Shown in pieces: positions 6,945 through 16,297 of a stretch of 54,356 nt of DNA. The stretch's first letter is position 1. The number at the start of each line of letters is the position of its first letter. The DNA is from an uncultured Candidatus Saccharibacteria bacterium. GTDB lineage: Bacteria > Patescibacteriota > Minisyncoccia > Phycocordibacterales > CAZTPW01. The stretch is taken from positions 1 to 54,356 of the forward strand of contig CAZTPW010000004.1 in assembly GCA_964615725.1 (NCBI GenBank), given 5' to 3'. Both the position numbers and the translations under genes were made by a program. The notes under the pieces were generated by a model. The model saw nothing but the letters and a program-made list of their open reading frames with translations, made no database searches and was not told the origin of the DNA.

Positions 6945-9335
6945 CTATTTAAGCTCCCCCCAATTCTTCCCTATCGAATATTCAGCAACACACTTCACCC
7001 CAAAAACCTTTTCTGGTGGTAGGACCGCTTCCATAATTTCTTTGATCTTTGGTGCAATCGTTTTTGCTTTGCTTTCTGAAATTTCGTACACGAGTTCGTC
7101 ATGCACCTGGAGCATGAGGTGGACGTCCGTCTTAAGACCCTCCTTCTCGAGATATGCGTCAATCTTGATCATAGCTAGCTTCACGATGTCGGCTTCGGTA
7201 CCTTGAATTGGTGCATTGATAGCCATTCGCTCTGCCATCGCTTTGATAAAAGGAAGTTTTGACTTGATGCCCTCAAAATAACGACGGCGACCGTAGTAGG
7301 TTTCAACGTATCCTTGGCGGGCAGCGAGCGCCTTGGTCTGATCGAGATATGTTGCGAGACCAGAAAATTTCGCAAAATATTCATCGTAGAATTTTTGGGC
7401 CTCTTTTCGGTCAGTGCCGAGATTTTGACGAAGGGCATTCACCCCCATACCGTAAATAATGCCGAAGTTGATGACTTTGGCGCGTCGGCGCATTTCCTTG
7501 TCTACCTTTTCTGGTGGCACACCAAAAACTTCTGACGCAACGGCAGTGTGAATATCTCCCCCACTTCGAAAGATGTCGATTAGTTTTTTGTCCTGAGAAA
7601 GAAAAGCTGCGACGCGGAGCTCGATCTGTGAATAGTCAAAGGAAACGAGTGAATATCCTTTACTTGCGATGAATGCATTGCGAATCCGACGACCAAGGTC
7701 TGTCTTGATGGGAATATTTTGAAGATTGGGGTTTTGCGAAGACATTCGCCCTGTTGTTGTACCTGCCTGAATAAACTGGGCGTGAAGGCGCTCGTCGGTT
7801 CCAATAAGTGAGGGAATCGTGTCGATATAGGTAGAGAGGAGCTTCTGGAGTTCTCGATATTCGAGGATGAGACCGATAATAGGATGTGAATCTCGCATTT
7901 TTTCAAGCTCAGATTCGCGAGTTGAGCGTGCGCCTCCTGCGGTTTTTTTGAGACCTTTGGCGGTAAGGTGCATGGTGTCAAAAAGAATTTCGCCGAGCTG
8001 TTTTGGTGAATTGATATTGAATTCAGTCCCAGCTTCTTTCCAGATTTTTTTCTGAATTGCGTCGAGTTCGGTATGGTATTCCTTCGAAAGCGTAGCAAGG
8101 TAGGTACGATCAACACCAATTCCATGAACCTCCATCTGGTCGACAATCGGAATAAGAGGGAGTTCAATGTCGTTGAGGACGCCAGAGAGGTGGCGTGCCT
8201 CGATTTCTTTGAGGATAGCGGCGCGCGCCACCTCAAAATCTCGCGTCTTTGCAAAGTTCAAAATTTCCTCAATACCTGGATTGGCTATATTGGAATCCAA
8301 AACCCACAAAGCAATCGCAGTCTCGCGAAGCTTCTGAGGATTGATTGCGCTTGTGTCGATTGGTGTATCATCTACCACCTCACCAGGAGCAGCTGCAATA
8401 AGCATTGAACCCTGCAGAGAAAATGAGTTCTTCACCCGAGCGCCAAGCGATCTGAATTCAAGATCACTAAAGAGTTTTGCGATTTCATCAGTTGAAAGAT
8501 GATCCTTCCACGGCTTTTCTGGCAAAGCAAAATCAATCGGCGCATCGCGGTGAATTGTTGCGAGCATTTTACTAAACTTTGCCTCCTCTTCCCCATTTTT
8601 CAAAAGCTCGATAATACGCGGAGTGATTTTTACCGCAAGAAACTGCTTCTCGTCTTTTTTCAGTGCTTTGTATATTTGCTCGATCGTACCAAAATTTTGA
8701 ATAAGAATAGAGGCGGTCTTTTCACCAATACCTTTAATACCGATAATGTTGTCCGAAGGATCACCACGAAGTCCCTTATAGTCAGGAAGAAGCTCAGGAC
8801 CAAAACCAAAACGCTCTTTCACAGCGTCCTCATCATAAAGAATCGTATCTTTGATTCCCTTTTTAAGGGTGTAAACACGTACTTTTTTATCCTGAACAAG
8901 CTGAAGCGTATCCATATCACCTGAAGCGACGATAATATCGAGATTTTTCTGCTTTCGCATTCGTTCAACAATTGTGCCGAGCATATCATCCGCCTCGAAA
9001 CCCTCTTTTTCGTACATAGGGATATGGAAAGCGTGAAAAACATCACGGGCACGTTTGAATTGAGAAACGAGTTCGTCATCTGCTTTTTGACGACCAGCTT
9101 TGTAATCCTTATAAGCCTCATGCCGATAGGTAGGTTTAGGAAGATCAAAACAAGCAACCATGTAATCAGGATTGAGATCATCAACAATCTTCATGATCAT
9201 TGTGCAGAGCCCGTAAATGGCTCCCGTAGGCTCGCCTTTGCTTGAAGTAAAGTCTGGCAAGGCGTGATATGCGCGGTGCAAGATCGCGTGAACATCGAGG
9301 AGGACTAATCGTTTCATTCCCGCTTCTTTTTTCAT
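6945..9335 (-). CDS. polA: DNA polymerase I (5'-3' exonuclease + polymerase; 3'-5' exonuclease region reduced)
   Basis: LVLLDVHAILHRAYHALP, EADD, GDPSDNIIGIKGIG; motifs DYSQIELR, AKVINFGIIYG, LQVHDEL. Confidence 0.98.
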   Translation of the reverse strand: MKKEAGMKRLVLLDVHAILHRAYHALPDFTSSKGEPTGAIYGLCTMIMKIVDDLNPDYMVACFDLPKPTYRHEAYKDYKAGRQKADDELVSQFKRARDVFHAFHIPMYEKEGFEADDMLGTIVERMRKQKNLDIIVASGDMDTLQLVQDKKVRVYTLKKGIKDTILYDEDAVKERFGFGPELLPDYKGLRGDPSDNIIGIKGIGEKTASILIQNFGTIEQIYKALKKDEKQFLAVKITPRIIELLKNGEEEAKFSKMLATIHRDAPIDFALPEKPWKDHLSTDEIAKLFSDLEFRSLGARVKNSFSLQGSMLIAAAPGEVVDDTPIDTSAINPQKLRETAIALWVLDSNIANPGIEEILNFAKTRDFEVARAAILKEIEARHLSGVLNDIELPLIPIVDQMEVHGIGVDRTYLATLSKEYHTELDAIQKKIWKEAGTEFNINSPKQLGEILFDTMHLTAKGLKKTAGGARSTRESELEKMRDSHPIIGLILEYRELQKLLSTYIDTIPSLIGTDERLHAQFIQAGTTTGRMSSQNPNLQNIPIKTDLGRRIRNAFIASKGYSLVSFDYSQIELRVAAFLSQDKKLIDIFRSGGDIHTAVASEVFGVPPEKVDKEMRRRAKVINFGIIYGMGVNALRQNLGTDRKEAQKFYDEYFAKFSGLATYLDQTKALAARQGYVETYYGRRRYFEGIKSKLPFIKAMAERMAINAPIQGTEADIVKLAMIKIDAYLEKEGLKTDVHLMLQVHDELVYEISESKAKTIAPKIKEIMEAVLPPEKVFGVKCVAEYSIGKNWGELK

Positions 9336-9347
9336 ACAGGTATTATA

Positions 9348-9794
9348 CTATGCGGCATATTCCTGGTCGTCTATTACCCTCGTGGCTTCGTCAATAAAAG
9401 TAAAAGTAATGGTACGCGCGGTTTTTGGTAGTGCTTGACCGATATGTTCGGGCCATTCAATACAAATAAGGGTATGGGGATCTTTCAAAGCTTCAGCCCA
9501 GCCAAGTTTTTCAATATCAGATGCTTGTTCCAGACGATAAGCATCAATATGGGTCAGTTTTTGGAAAATAGGATGCTTCGTTGTATAAGATTTCATAAGA
9601 ACGAAGGTTGGACTTGTAATAACATCGTCAACACCCATCAGGCAGGCAAGGCATTTTACAAAGGCCGTCTTGCCGGCCCCCAAATCTCCCTTCAAAGCCC
9701 ATACCTCAGCATGTGATTTTTCACCATGAACACTTTCGAGAATACTTCGTGCGACATCTCGAGTTTCAATAAGAGAATGTGATTCAATCTTCAT
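9348..9794 (-). CDS. tsaE: tRNA threonylcarbamoyladenosine biosynthesis ATPase TsaE
   Basis: GDLGAGKT, SPTF, HIDAYRL, IEWPE. Confidence 0.95.
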   Translation of the reverse strand: MKIESHSLIETRDVARSILESVHGEKSHAEVWALKGDLGAGKTAFVKCLACLMGVDDVITSPTFVLMKSYTTKHPIFQKLTHIDAYRLEQASDIEKLGWAEALKDPHTLICIEWPEHIGQALPKTARTITFTFIDEATRVIDDQEYAA

Positions 9795-9851
9795 AGAAAT
9801 TAGTATGCACTATATTGCTTTCGCAGGATAGGGTCGCTACAATTGCCCAAC

Positions 9852-10547
9852 ATGAACCATCGCTTGTCAGTAATCATCCCCGCTTATAACGAGACATCTT
9901 ACATTGATACCATTCTCGAACGTGTCTTGAAGCAAAAAGAAGTATTTGAGGTAATTGTGGTCGATGATGGATCGACTGACACAACATGGAATATGCTCAA
10001 AAAATGGCCTAGTAAGGATCCTCGGGTGAAAATCTTTCAACTCTCTAAAAATCAAGGCAAAGGTGCTGCTGTCCATGAAGGAATTATCCATGTGTCTGGC
10101 AGTGCGGTGCTCATTCAGGATGCTGACCTCGAATACAATCCTGCTGACTACCCCACCCTCTTGGCAAAACTCTCTCCGCAAAACCCTGTGGTGTATGGTT
10201 CACGTTTTTTGAATAAAGATTCGCATGACGGTACGAGTCCGTGGTGGCACAAGTTTGGAAACACATTATTTACTTTGACTGCAAATTTCCTAAGCGGTCA
10301 AAACCTTACTGATGTGTCCACGTGTTACAAACTTTTTGATAAGAATGTACTTGATAGAATCAAGCTTCGTGAGAAAGGGTTTGAGTTTTGCCCTGAGATA
10401 ACAATGAAGGTGAGCGGTTTGGGAATACACATCCTTGAGGTGCCGATTTCCTATCGAGCTCGCACAAAACCCGAGGGGAAAAAGATTCGCTATTGGTCGA
10501 TATTTAGTATGGTGTTGGCACTCGTGAAGTATCGCGTAGAGAAATAG
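9852..10547 (+). CDS. GT2 glycosyltransferase (DPM1/ArnC-like)
   Basis: SVIIPAYNE, VVDDGSTD, NQGKGAA, QDADLEYNP. Start at ATG 9852. Confidence 0.92.
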   Translation: MNHRLSVIIPAYNETSYIDTILERVLKQKEVFEVIVVDDGSTDTTWNMLKKWPSKDPRVKIFQLSKNQGKGAAVHEGIIHVSGSAVLIQDADLEYNPADYPTLLAKLSPQNPVVYGSRFLNKDSHDGTSPWWHKFGNTLFTLTANFLSGQNLTDVSTCYKLFDKNVLDRIKLREKGFEFCPEITMKVSGLGIHILEVPISYRARTKPEGKKIRYWSIFSMVLALVKYRVEK

Positions 10548-10561
10548 AAGCATATGAATAA

Positions 10562-10585
10562 GGGCCGCTGTCTCCGCAGCGGCCC
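10562..10585. terminator. GC-rich hairpin between convergent genes
   Basis: GGGCCGCTG-TCTCCG-CAGCGGCCC. Confidence 0.6.
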
Positions 10586-10604
10586 ATTCGAAACTGAACA
10601 AGAA

Positions 10605-11075
10605 TTACTTTGCCCCCGCTTGTGAAGCTCGGTTGAGCCGCTTGAAGCACAACGTGCCGGAATGGAGGAGCATGAGATGGTCCAAGTGTCCTGGTGGTGC
10701 AATCTTGGGGAAATCAACCTTGATTTCAAGTTCCCGCTCTTCTGCCTGAGTGCACTTCTCCCAATCAACAGTGGGCATTGTAAGTGCCTCGGCAAATGTT
10801 GCGAGTACCGCAAGGTTTGATGAGTCGTTGGCGGTAATGGTGGCGTCCCAATGCTCCGGCAGTCCGAGCTCGATTCCATGTGCTGGAAACAGAAGCCCCT
10901 CTTTCGTCACCTTCCACCACCGACAGAGATGATTGCGAAGAAAGAGAAGCGCGGTGGCGTAGTGACACATATCGTGAAAAGTAGGGGCGGATGAGTTTCG
11001 ATGAAGACCGAGAAAGTGATTACCGTCAAAATCACCGCTGATCACGAGGCTGGCAATGAATTCGTGTTTTTTCAT
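10605..11075 (-). CDS. Hypothetical protein (156 aa, His/Cys/Trp-rich)
   Basis: GGAGA SD 7 nt before ATG 11075; the longer ORF-track start runs through a terminator. Confidence 0.65.
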   Translation of the reverse strand: MKKHEFIASLVISGDFDGNHFLGLHRNSSAPTFHDMCHYATALLFLRNHLCRWWKVTKEGLLFPAHGIELGLPEHWDATITANDSSNLAVLATFAEALTMPTVDWEKCTQAEERELEIKVDFPKIAPPGHLDHLMLLHSGTLCFKRLNRASQAGAK

Positions 11076-11145
11076 GTGAAGTTCTCCAGCCCCTACCCTC
11101 TCACTTTTCAAGAGCTTTGGCAAATACAAACCTAAAGACATAGTA

Positions 11146-11179
11146 AAAAGAAAAAAGCGCCCCGGATGTCGGGGCGCTT
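11146..11179 (-). terminator. Intrinsic terminator
   Basis: AAGCGCCCCG-loop-CGGGGCGCTT plus minus-strand T-run; 16 nt identical to 6425-6440. Confidence 0.8.
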
Positions 11180-11204
11180 GCTCATCAGCAGTGTTGCAAG
11201 ACAA

Positions 11205-11633
11205 TCACTTTCGGTGGAGATCGCGATTGTCGATCTTCCAGAGCCTCTCCTGTCGCTCATTCTCTTGAAGGTAGAACGAGCGGACATAGAAGTAAACCTG
11301 GTAGGTCGCAATCTCGTCTGTCGGATGGGTCAACGACTTCGCAGTCAAGTTAAACCGATCGCTGAAGTTGATGTGATGACTGTTAAACGAGAGGCTTCGA
11401 GTGGAGTGTGGGGCGATCTTGATCAGATCAAAACCAAGCCCACGAATCTGAACCTCGTCGTCGGTGTTGTTCACCATCACAACCGAGAAGGGCGACTCGA
11501 GGGTGAGCACCGACCCGCGCCAGGTGTTGACCGGCACCGTCCCTGGCTCAAAGGCCAGTGGACGCGTAGCTACACAACCCGTAAAGGCAAATGCTGTGAT
11601 GACAAAGAGCAAAATGAATTTCAATGTTTTCAT
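11205..11633 (-). CDS. Putative lipoprotein/exported protein
   Basis: MKTLK + hydrophobic core + lipobox-like FTGC; beta-rich mature part; own promoter and terminator. Confidence 0.75.
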   Translation of the reverse strand: MKTLKFILLFVITAFAFTGCVATRPLAFEPGTVPVNTWRGSVLTLESPFSVVMVNNTDDEVQIRGLGFDLIKIAPHSTRSLSFNSHHINFSDRFNLTAKSLTHPTDEIATYQVYFYVRSFYLQENERQERLWKIDNRDLHRK

Positions 11634-11701
11634 GGTCTGGAGTCGGGAATGCCTTTTAAAGGCGGTTTTGGTGGCTTTATACCACCGTTATTTCAGACTC
11701 T

Positions 11702-11731
11702 ATTATACCACCTCAGGACCATCTCTGTCAA
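11702..11731 (-). promoter_or_regulatory. Consensus sigma70 promoter
   Basis: TTGACA-18-TATAAT on the minus strand, with TGn extension. Confidence 0.8.
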
Positions 11732-11787
11732 GGGTCTTCTTCCTACCCCCCTACCCACGGTATACTTATCAATAAACCGCTATACAT

Positions 11788-13482
11788 ATGATTCAATTCG
11801 ACGAAGACAAGCAGGAAAAAAGGATCTCGGACCTCTACCGACGTGAGGAAGAGGAGGTGGCACAAATGCTCGCTTCGCGCTCAGGTATCAAATACGTAAA
11901 TTTTACCTACTCCCCCGTCAACAGTGATGCTATTCGTCTTATCGAAGAAAAAGAGGCCCGCGAAGCACGCATCGTCGCCTTTGATCGACACGACAAACGC
12001 GTTGATGTAGCTATTATTTCGCCACAATTTGAAGCGGCCCTCCAGTCAATCGAGCGACTCAAAGCGAAAGGCCATGAAGTTGTGATCCATATTGCTTCAA
12101 TGGGAAGCTTGGAAAAAGCATGGGCTGCTTATAAGGACCTGTCATTCGCCGTTGAAACAAAGGCTGGATCACTTGAAGTTTCTAATGAAGAAATTGCTGC
12201 CATCCTCAAAGAGGTAAAAACTGTTACTGATGTAAAAAATCGCATCACCTCAGTCCTCTCGCAAAACAAAAGTTTCCGAATTTCAAAAACCTTTGAAATC
12301 GTTCTCGCAGGAGCCCTCGCTACGGGCGCATCCGACGTGCATATTGAGCCAGAAGAAGAATACGTCCGCCTTCGCTATCGACTCGATGGTGTATTGAACA
12401 ATATCATCAACTTTGACCGCGAGACGTACGGCCTCCTTCTTTCTCGTATTAAGCTCCTCGCTGGTTTGAAACTCAATATTAAAAACGACGCACAGGACGG
12501 TCGTTTGAGTGTGAAGATGAATGATTCTGATATTGAAATCCGAGTTTCTGTCCTCCCTGGTGCCTACAACGAATCAGTGGTAATGCGAATTTTGAATCCA
12601 AAGAGTATTTCGGTGCCCCTCGAAGAGCTTGGTATTGACGCGAAGCTTCTTGATGCAATTATCAAAGAGCTCAACAAACCAGACGGTATGCTCTTGAACA
12701 CCGGTCCGACAGGTTCTGGAAAGACAACAACGCTGTATGCCTTTTTGAAAAAGGTTCACACTCCTGATATTAAGATCATCACCATCGAAGATCCGATCGA
12801 ATACCACCTTCCTGGTATTGTGCAGACACAGACGGATGCAGAAAAAGGCTACACATTCCTTGCAGGATTGCGTGCTTCACTTCGACAGGACCCTGACGTG
12901 ATTATGATTGGAGAAATTCGAGACGAAGAAACTGCACAGATCGCGATCCAATCCGCTTTGACCGGCCACCTTGTATTCTCGACCCTCCACACCAACAACG
13001 CAGCTGGTACCTTCCCTCGTTTGATCGATCTCAAGATCAATCCAAAAATTATTGGTACAGCCCTTAGTGTGGCGATGGCACAACGTCTTATCCGAAAGCT
13101 CTGTCCTCATTGCAAAAAAGAGGCGGTGCTCGAAGGTGATCTCAAAACTCAGACTGAGAAAATCGTCGCTTCTATTGTCGACAAAAACTACACCAAAGAC
13201 CTTGGGCCTCTTACCAAGCATTGGATTGCGGGTGGTTGTGAGAAGTGTAATATGACAGGCTACAAAGGTCGTATCGGCGTCTACGAGGCAATCTTTAAAG
13301 ACCCAAAGGTTGAAGATGTCATTGTAAAAAACCTTGGTGAACGTGAAGTAAAAATTGCTTCTATCCCTCAAGGCTTCCTCGATATGCGCCAGGATGGTGT
13401 GCTCAAGGTGATAAAAGGCATCAGTTCTTTCGAAGAACTTTCTCGTGTGATTGATATTGAAGAGGAAGTTCAGAGTGCTTAA
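11788..13482 (+). CDS. pilB: Type IV pilus assembly ATPase (GspE/PulE/PilB family)
   Basis: ASDVHIEP, QDGR, Walker A GPTGSGKTT, TIEDPIE, LRQDPDVIMIGEIRD, TLHTN, CPHC/CEKC zinc motif. Confidence 0.93.
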   Translation: MIQFDEDKQEKRISDLYRREEEEVAQMLASRSGIKYVNFTYSPVNSDAIRLIEEKEAREARIVAFDRHDKRVDVAIISPQFEAALQSIERLKAKGHEVVIHIASMGSLEKAWAAYKDLSFAVETKAGSLEVSNEEIAAILKEVKTVTDVKNRITSVLSQNKSFRISKTFEIVLAGALATGASDVHIEPEEEYVRLRYRLDGVLNNIINFDRETYGLLLSRIKLLAGLKLNIKNDAQDGRLSVKMNDSDIEIRVSVLPGAYNESVVMRILNPKSISVPLEELGIDAKLLDAIIKELNKPDGMLLNTGPTGSGKTTTLYAFLKKVHTPDIKIITIEDPIEYHLPGIVQTQTDAEKGYTFLAGLRASLRQDPDVIMIGEIRDEETAQIAIQSALTGHLVFSTLHTNNAAGTFPRLIDLKINPKIIGTALSVAMAQRLIRKLCPHCKKEAVLEGDLKTQTEKIVASIVDKNYTKDLGPLTKHWIAGGCEKCNMTGYKGRIGVYEAIFKDPKVEDVIVKNLGEREVKIASIPQGFLDMRQDGVLKVIKGISSFEELSRVIDIEEEVQSA

Positions 13483-13565
13483 ACCACTAGGACACAAAAA
13501 ATCTCTTACGTGCTATTGCGCCCTTTCCAGAGAGGGGTACAATAACAGTAAGAGTAAATTAAAAA

Positions 13566-13720
13566 TTCCAGAATATAAATCTCCAAGCAATACTTTAAAT
13601 CATAAAGATTTAAAGCCAGGCGAGTTTCTAAGGATAGTTCCAGCCAAAACCAGAACGTCCTCGTAAAAGCGCCATACCAACCCTTGCAGGTCACATTGCT
13701 TAGAGATTTATAGCCTGGAA
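13566..13720 (+). ncRNA. 6S RNA-like ncRNA
   Basis: Promoter TTGCGC-16-TACAAT (13516-13543). Closing stem of ~23 bp: TTCCAG/CTGGAA, TATAAATCTC/GAGATTTATA, AAGCAAT/ATTGCTT. Central bubble and irregular apical stem (GGCG/CGCC, AGGA/TCCT, GTTC/GAAC). Downstream hairpin at 13728-13747. Confidence 0.62.
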
Positions 13721-13789
13721 AAGAAAAGGCTCGTTTACTTCGAGCTTCAATAGTATCCTAGCATAAAACATTTTTTCTGTCAACCCCCT

Positions 13790-14806
13790 ATGCCTCACAA
13801 AGGACCAACCAAAGACAAGGAAAAAGATGTCGTAGATGAAGGGTTTTTGGACCAAACCCTACGCCCTTCCCGCTGGGATGAATACATAGGCCAGACAAAT
13901 ATCAAGCAAAATCTCCATATTTTGCTTACTGCAGCAAAAGAGCGTAATCATCCACCAGAGCACATCCTTTTTTATGGCCCCCCTGGTCTAGGAAAGACCA
14001 CCCTAGCGCACCTGATCTCCAAAGAGATGAATGCCCAGATGAAAGTCACTTCCGGCCCTGCCATTGAGAAAGTTGGTGACCTCGCCTCTATCCTCACCAA
14101 TCTCTCTGCTGGTGACATACTTTTCATTGATGAGATCCACCGACTCAATCGATCTATCGAGGAGATTCTTTATCCAGCTATGGAGTCAGGTTCTTTGGAC
14201 ATCATTATAGGCAAAGGTCCAAGTGCGCGCACTATTCAGCTCGATCTTCCCTCTTTCACCCTGATTGCTGCTACCACCCGCATTGCCCTCCTCTCTTCAC
14301 CACTTCGATCACGTTTCTCAGGGGGCACATTCCGCTTGGAGTTTTACACGAATGAGGAAATCGAAAAAATTGTTGCTCGTTCAGCAAAAATTCTTGGCGT
14401 TGAGATTGAGCCTGCCGCGACTGCTGAAATTGCACGCCGAAGCCGCTTTACGCCTCGTACCGCCAACTATCTTCTCAAACGCTGTCGAGATTTTGCTCAG
14501 GTAAAGAAAGGTGCGCTCACAAAAGCTGTGGTGGAGGATGCTCTCAAGCTCCTTGGTATTGATAAAGAAGGCCTCACCGCTTCGGATCGCGCTGTTTTGA
14601 GTGTCCTTATTGAAAAATTTGGTGGTGGTCCAGTCGGGCTCAACACGCTCGCCGCTTCTCTGTCAGAAGAGGAGGCGACGATCGAAGAAGTCCATGAGCC
14701 ATACCTGCTCCAGCTTGGGTTTATCGAGCGCACACCTCGTGGCCGTGTTGCAACAAGCAAGGCATACGCTCACCTCAATATCAAAGACGGGTCACGTTTA
14801 CTTTGA
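13790..14806 (+). CDS. ruvB: Holliday junction branch migration helicase RuvB
   Basis: [47 protein letters not shown]. Confidence 0.98.
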   Translation: MPHKGPTKDKEKDVVDEGFLDQTLRPSRWDEYIGQTNIKQNLHILLTAAKERNHPPEHILFYGPPGLGKTTLAHLISKEMNAQMKVTSGPAIEKVGDLASILTNLSAGDILFIDEIHRLNRSIEEILYPAMESGSLDIIIGKGPSARTIQLDLPSFTLIAATTRIALLSSPLRSRFSGGTFRLEFYTNEEIEKIVARSAKILGVEIEPAATAEIARRSRFTPRTANYLLKRCRDFAQVKKGALTKAVVEDALKLLGIDKEGLTASDRAVLSVLIEKFGGGPVGLNTLAASLSEEEATIEEVHEPYLLQLGFIERTPRGRVATSKAYAHLNIKDGSRLL

Positions 14807-14861
14807 TAAAAATAAAACCGCTTGATGAAGGCGGCTTCGGTCTGATAAACAGACACAGTGG

Positions 14862-15017
14862 TCAGTAGACGTCGTGAAGAGATACAGGGGGCGGAAGTTC
14901 GCCAGGCCGACGAGTATGGTCATCATCCATGCTCGCAAGTGCTTTTCTTACCTCTTCTGGGCTGGGAAAACCTGTGGGCGGGTCTTCCTTCGATGGTGGA
15001 GTTTTTTCAGCTTCCAT
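14862..15017 (-). CDS. Small Pro/acidic hypothetical protein (51 aa)
   Basis: Short ORF MEAEKTPPSKEDPP... filling the ruvB-yebC gap. Confidence 0.3.
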   Translation of the reverse strand: MEAEKTPPSKEDPPTGFPSPEEVRKALASMDDDHTRRPGELPPPVSLHDVY

Positions 15018-15148
15018 AAAGTATAGTGTGCTATGCCCCAAAACAGTTGGAGCGATTGCATAAATCCTACCACTCGAAAAGCACATTGCAAGTTTACACC
15101 CTCCCCAACGCGTATATAATACGAATACCTAATCACTTTTTTAAAACC

Positions 15149-15679
15149 ATGTCAGGACATAGCAAATGGAAGCAGATCAAACACAAGAAAGCAAAGTCAG
15201 ATGGCCAGCGAAGTAAGATCTTTTCAAAGTACGCAAAACTCATCACACAGGAAGCAAAACGTGCAAAAGGTAGCCTCACTGACCCCGCGCTCAAGGCGGT
15301 GATTGAGCGTGCAAAGTCAGAAAATATGCCCAACGACAACATTGAGCGAGCAATCAAAAAGGCGACGACCGATAATTCAGCAATGCTTGAATCAATTACC
15401 TATGAAGCATATGGTCCGGGTGGATGCGCACTCATCATCGTTGCCCTGACAGACAATCGCAACAAAGCGGCGCAGGAAGTGAAGCACATCCTCACCAACA
15501 ACAACCTCACACTTGCAAGTATTGGCTCCGCGTCGTGGGCTTTCAAAAAGACCGCAGAAGGTTGGGAGCCGCAGACCACGATTCCCCTCTCACCCGAAGA
15601 TGAAACGGCTTTGGAAAAAGTAATCGAGGAGCTCGAAGATAACGATGAAGTCCAGGAGGTCTTCACCAATGCAGAATAA
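15149..15679 (+). CDS. yebC: YebC/PmpR family protein (short form, 176 aa)
   Basis: MSGHSKWKQIKHKK, NMPNDNIERAI, YEAYGPGG, TDNRN, ELEDNDEVQEVFTN. Confidence 0.95.
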   Translation: MSGHSKWKQIKHKKAKSDGQRSKIFSKYAKLITQEAKRAKGSLTDPALKAVIERAKSENMPNDNIERAIKKATTDNSAMLESITYEAYGPGGCALIIVALTDNRNKAAQEVKHILTNNNLTLASIGSASWAFKKTAEGWEPQTTIPLSPEDETALEKVIEELEDNDEVQEVFTNAE

Positions 15680-15681
15680 CC

Positions 15682-16182
15682 ATGCGTGTATTAGGAATCG
15701 ACCCAGGATATGAAAGACTCGGTATAGCGGTTCTTGAATATGGCATCCATGGTAAAAAAGACACCCTGCTCTTCTCTGAATGTTTTAAAACATCGGCGCA
15801 GGAATCTTTTGAGAAGAGACTAGCGATGCTTGGTGAAAAGATCGAGATGCTTTTTAAAAAATTTTCCCCTGAGTATCTCGCGATTGAAACCTTGTTTTTC
15901 ACGAATAACCAAAAAACTGCAATGCGTGTCGCTGAAGCGAGGGGTGTTATTCTCTACCACGCTGGGCGATTTGGCGCTGAAGTACATGAAATCACCCCAC
16001 CTGAGATCAAACTCGCTACAACAGGACATGGAAAAAGCGATAAAAAGCAGATTATTGCTATGATTCCACGACTTGTTGAGGTAAAGAAGGATATTGAGCA
16101 TGATGACGAGTATGACGCTATCGCGGTGGCCATCACCCATAGTGCCACGAACAGAAGCCGGATTCTCGGCTCGAAAAAGTAA
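15682..16182 (+). CDS. ruvC: Holliday junction resolvase RuvC
   Basis: VLGIDPG, LAIETLFF, VAEARG, TGHGKSDKKQ, DDEYDAIAVA. Confidence 0.96.
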   Translation: MRVLGIDPGYERLGIAVLEYGIHGKKDTLLFSECFKTSAQESFEKRLAMLGEKIEMLFKKFSPEYLAIETLFFTNNQKTAMRVAEARGVILYHAGRFGAEVHEITPPEIKLATTGHGKSDKKQIIAMIPRLVEVKKDIEHDDEYDAIAVAITHSATNRSRILGSKK

Positions 16183-16297
16183 TCCCTTATCCACATTGAA
16201 AAGGGCTTGCAAAGAATTTTTGGTTTGGTAATAATAGTGAATCCGAAGATTTTTAGCTTACGGAAAAGAAGACTAATTCTTTTTGAATATCGAATCC

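Noticed and set aside
10314-10329. CACGTG-centred parS-like sequence in the GT2 gene
   Set aside because: Flanks (GTGTC/TTACA) deviate too far from GTTTC/GAAAC.
1-11740. One large tRNA-anchored genomic island
   Set aside because: Interrupted by core holA, polA and tsaE; no integrase; no distal copy of the tRNA 3' end (TGGGCGCA) seen.
11166-11846. 226-aa plus-strand ORF
   Set aside because: Antisense shadow of the lipoprotein gene; crosses a terminator, a promoter and the pilB start.
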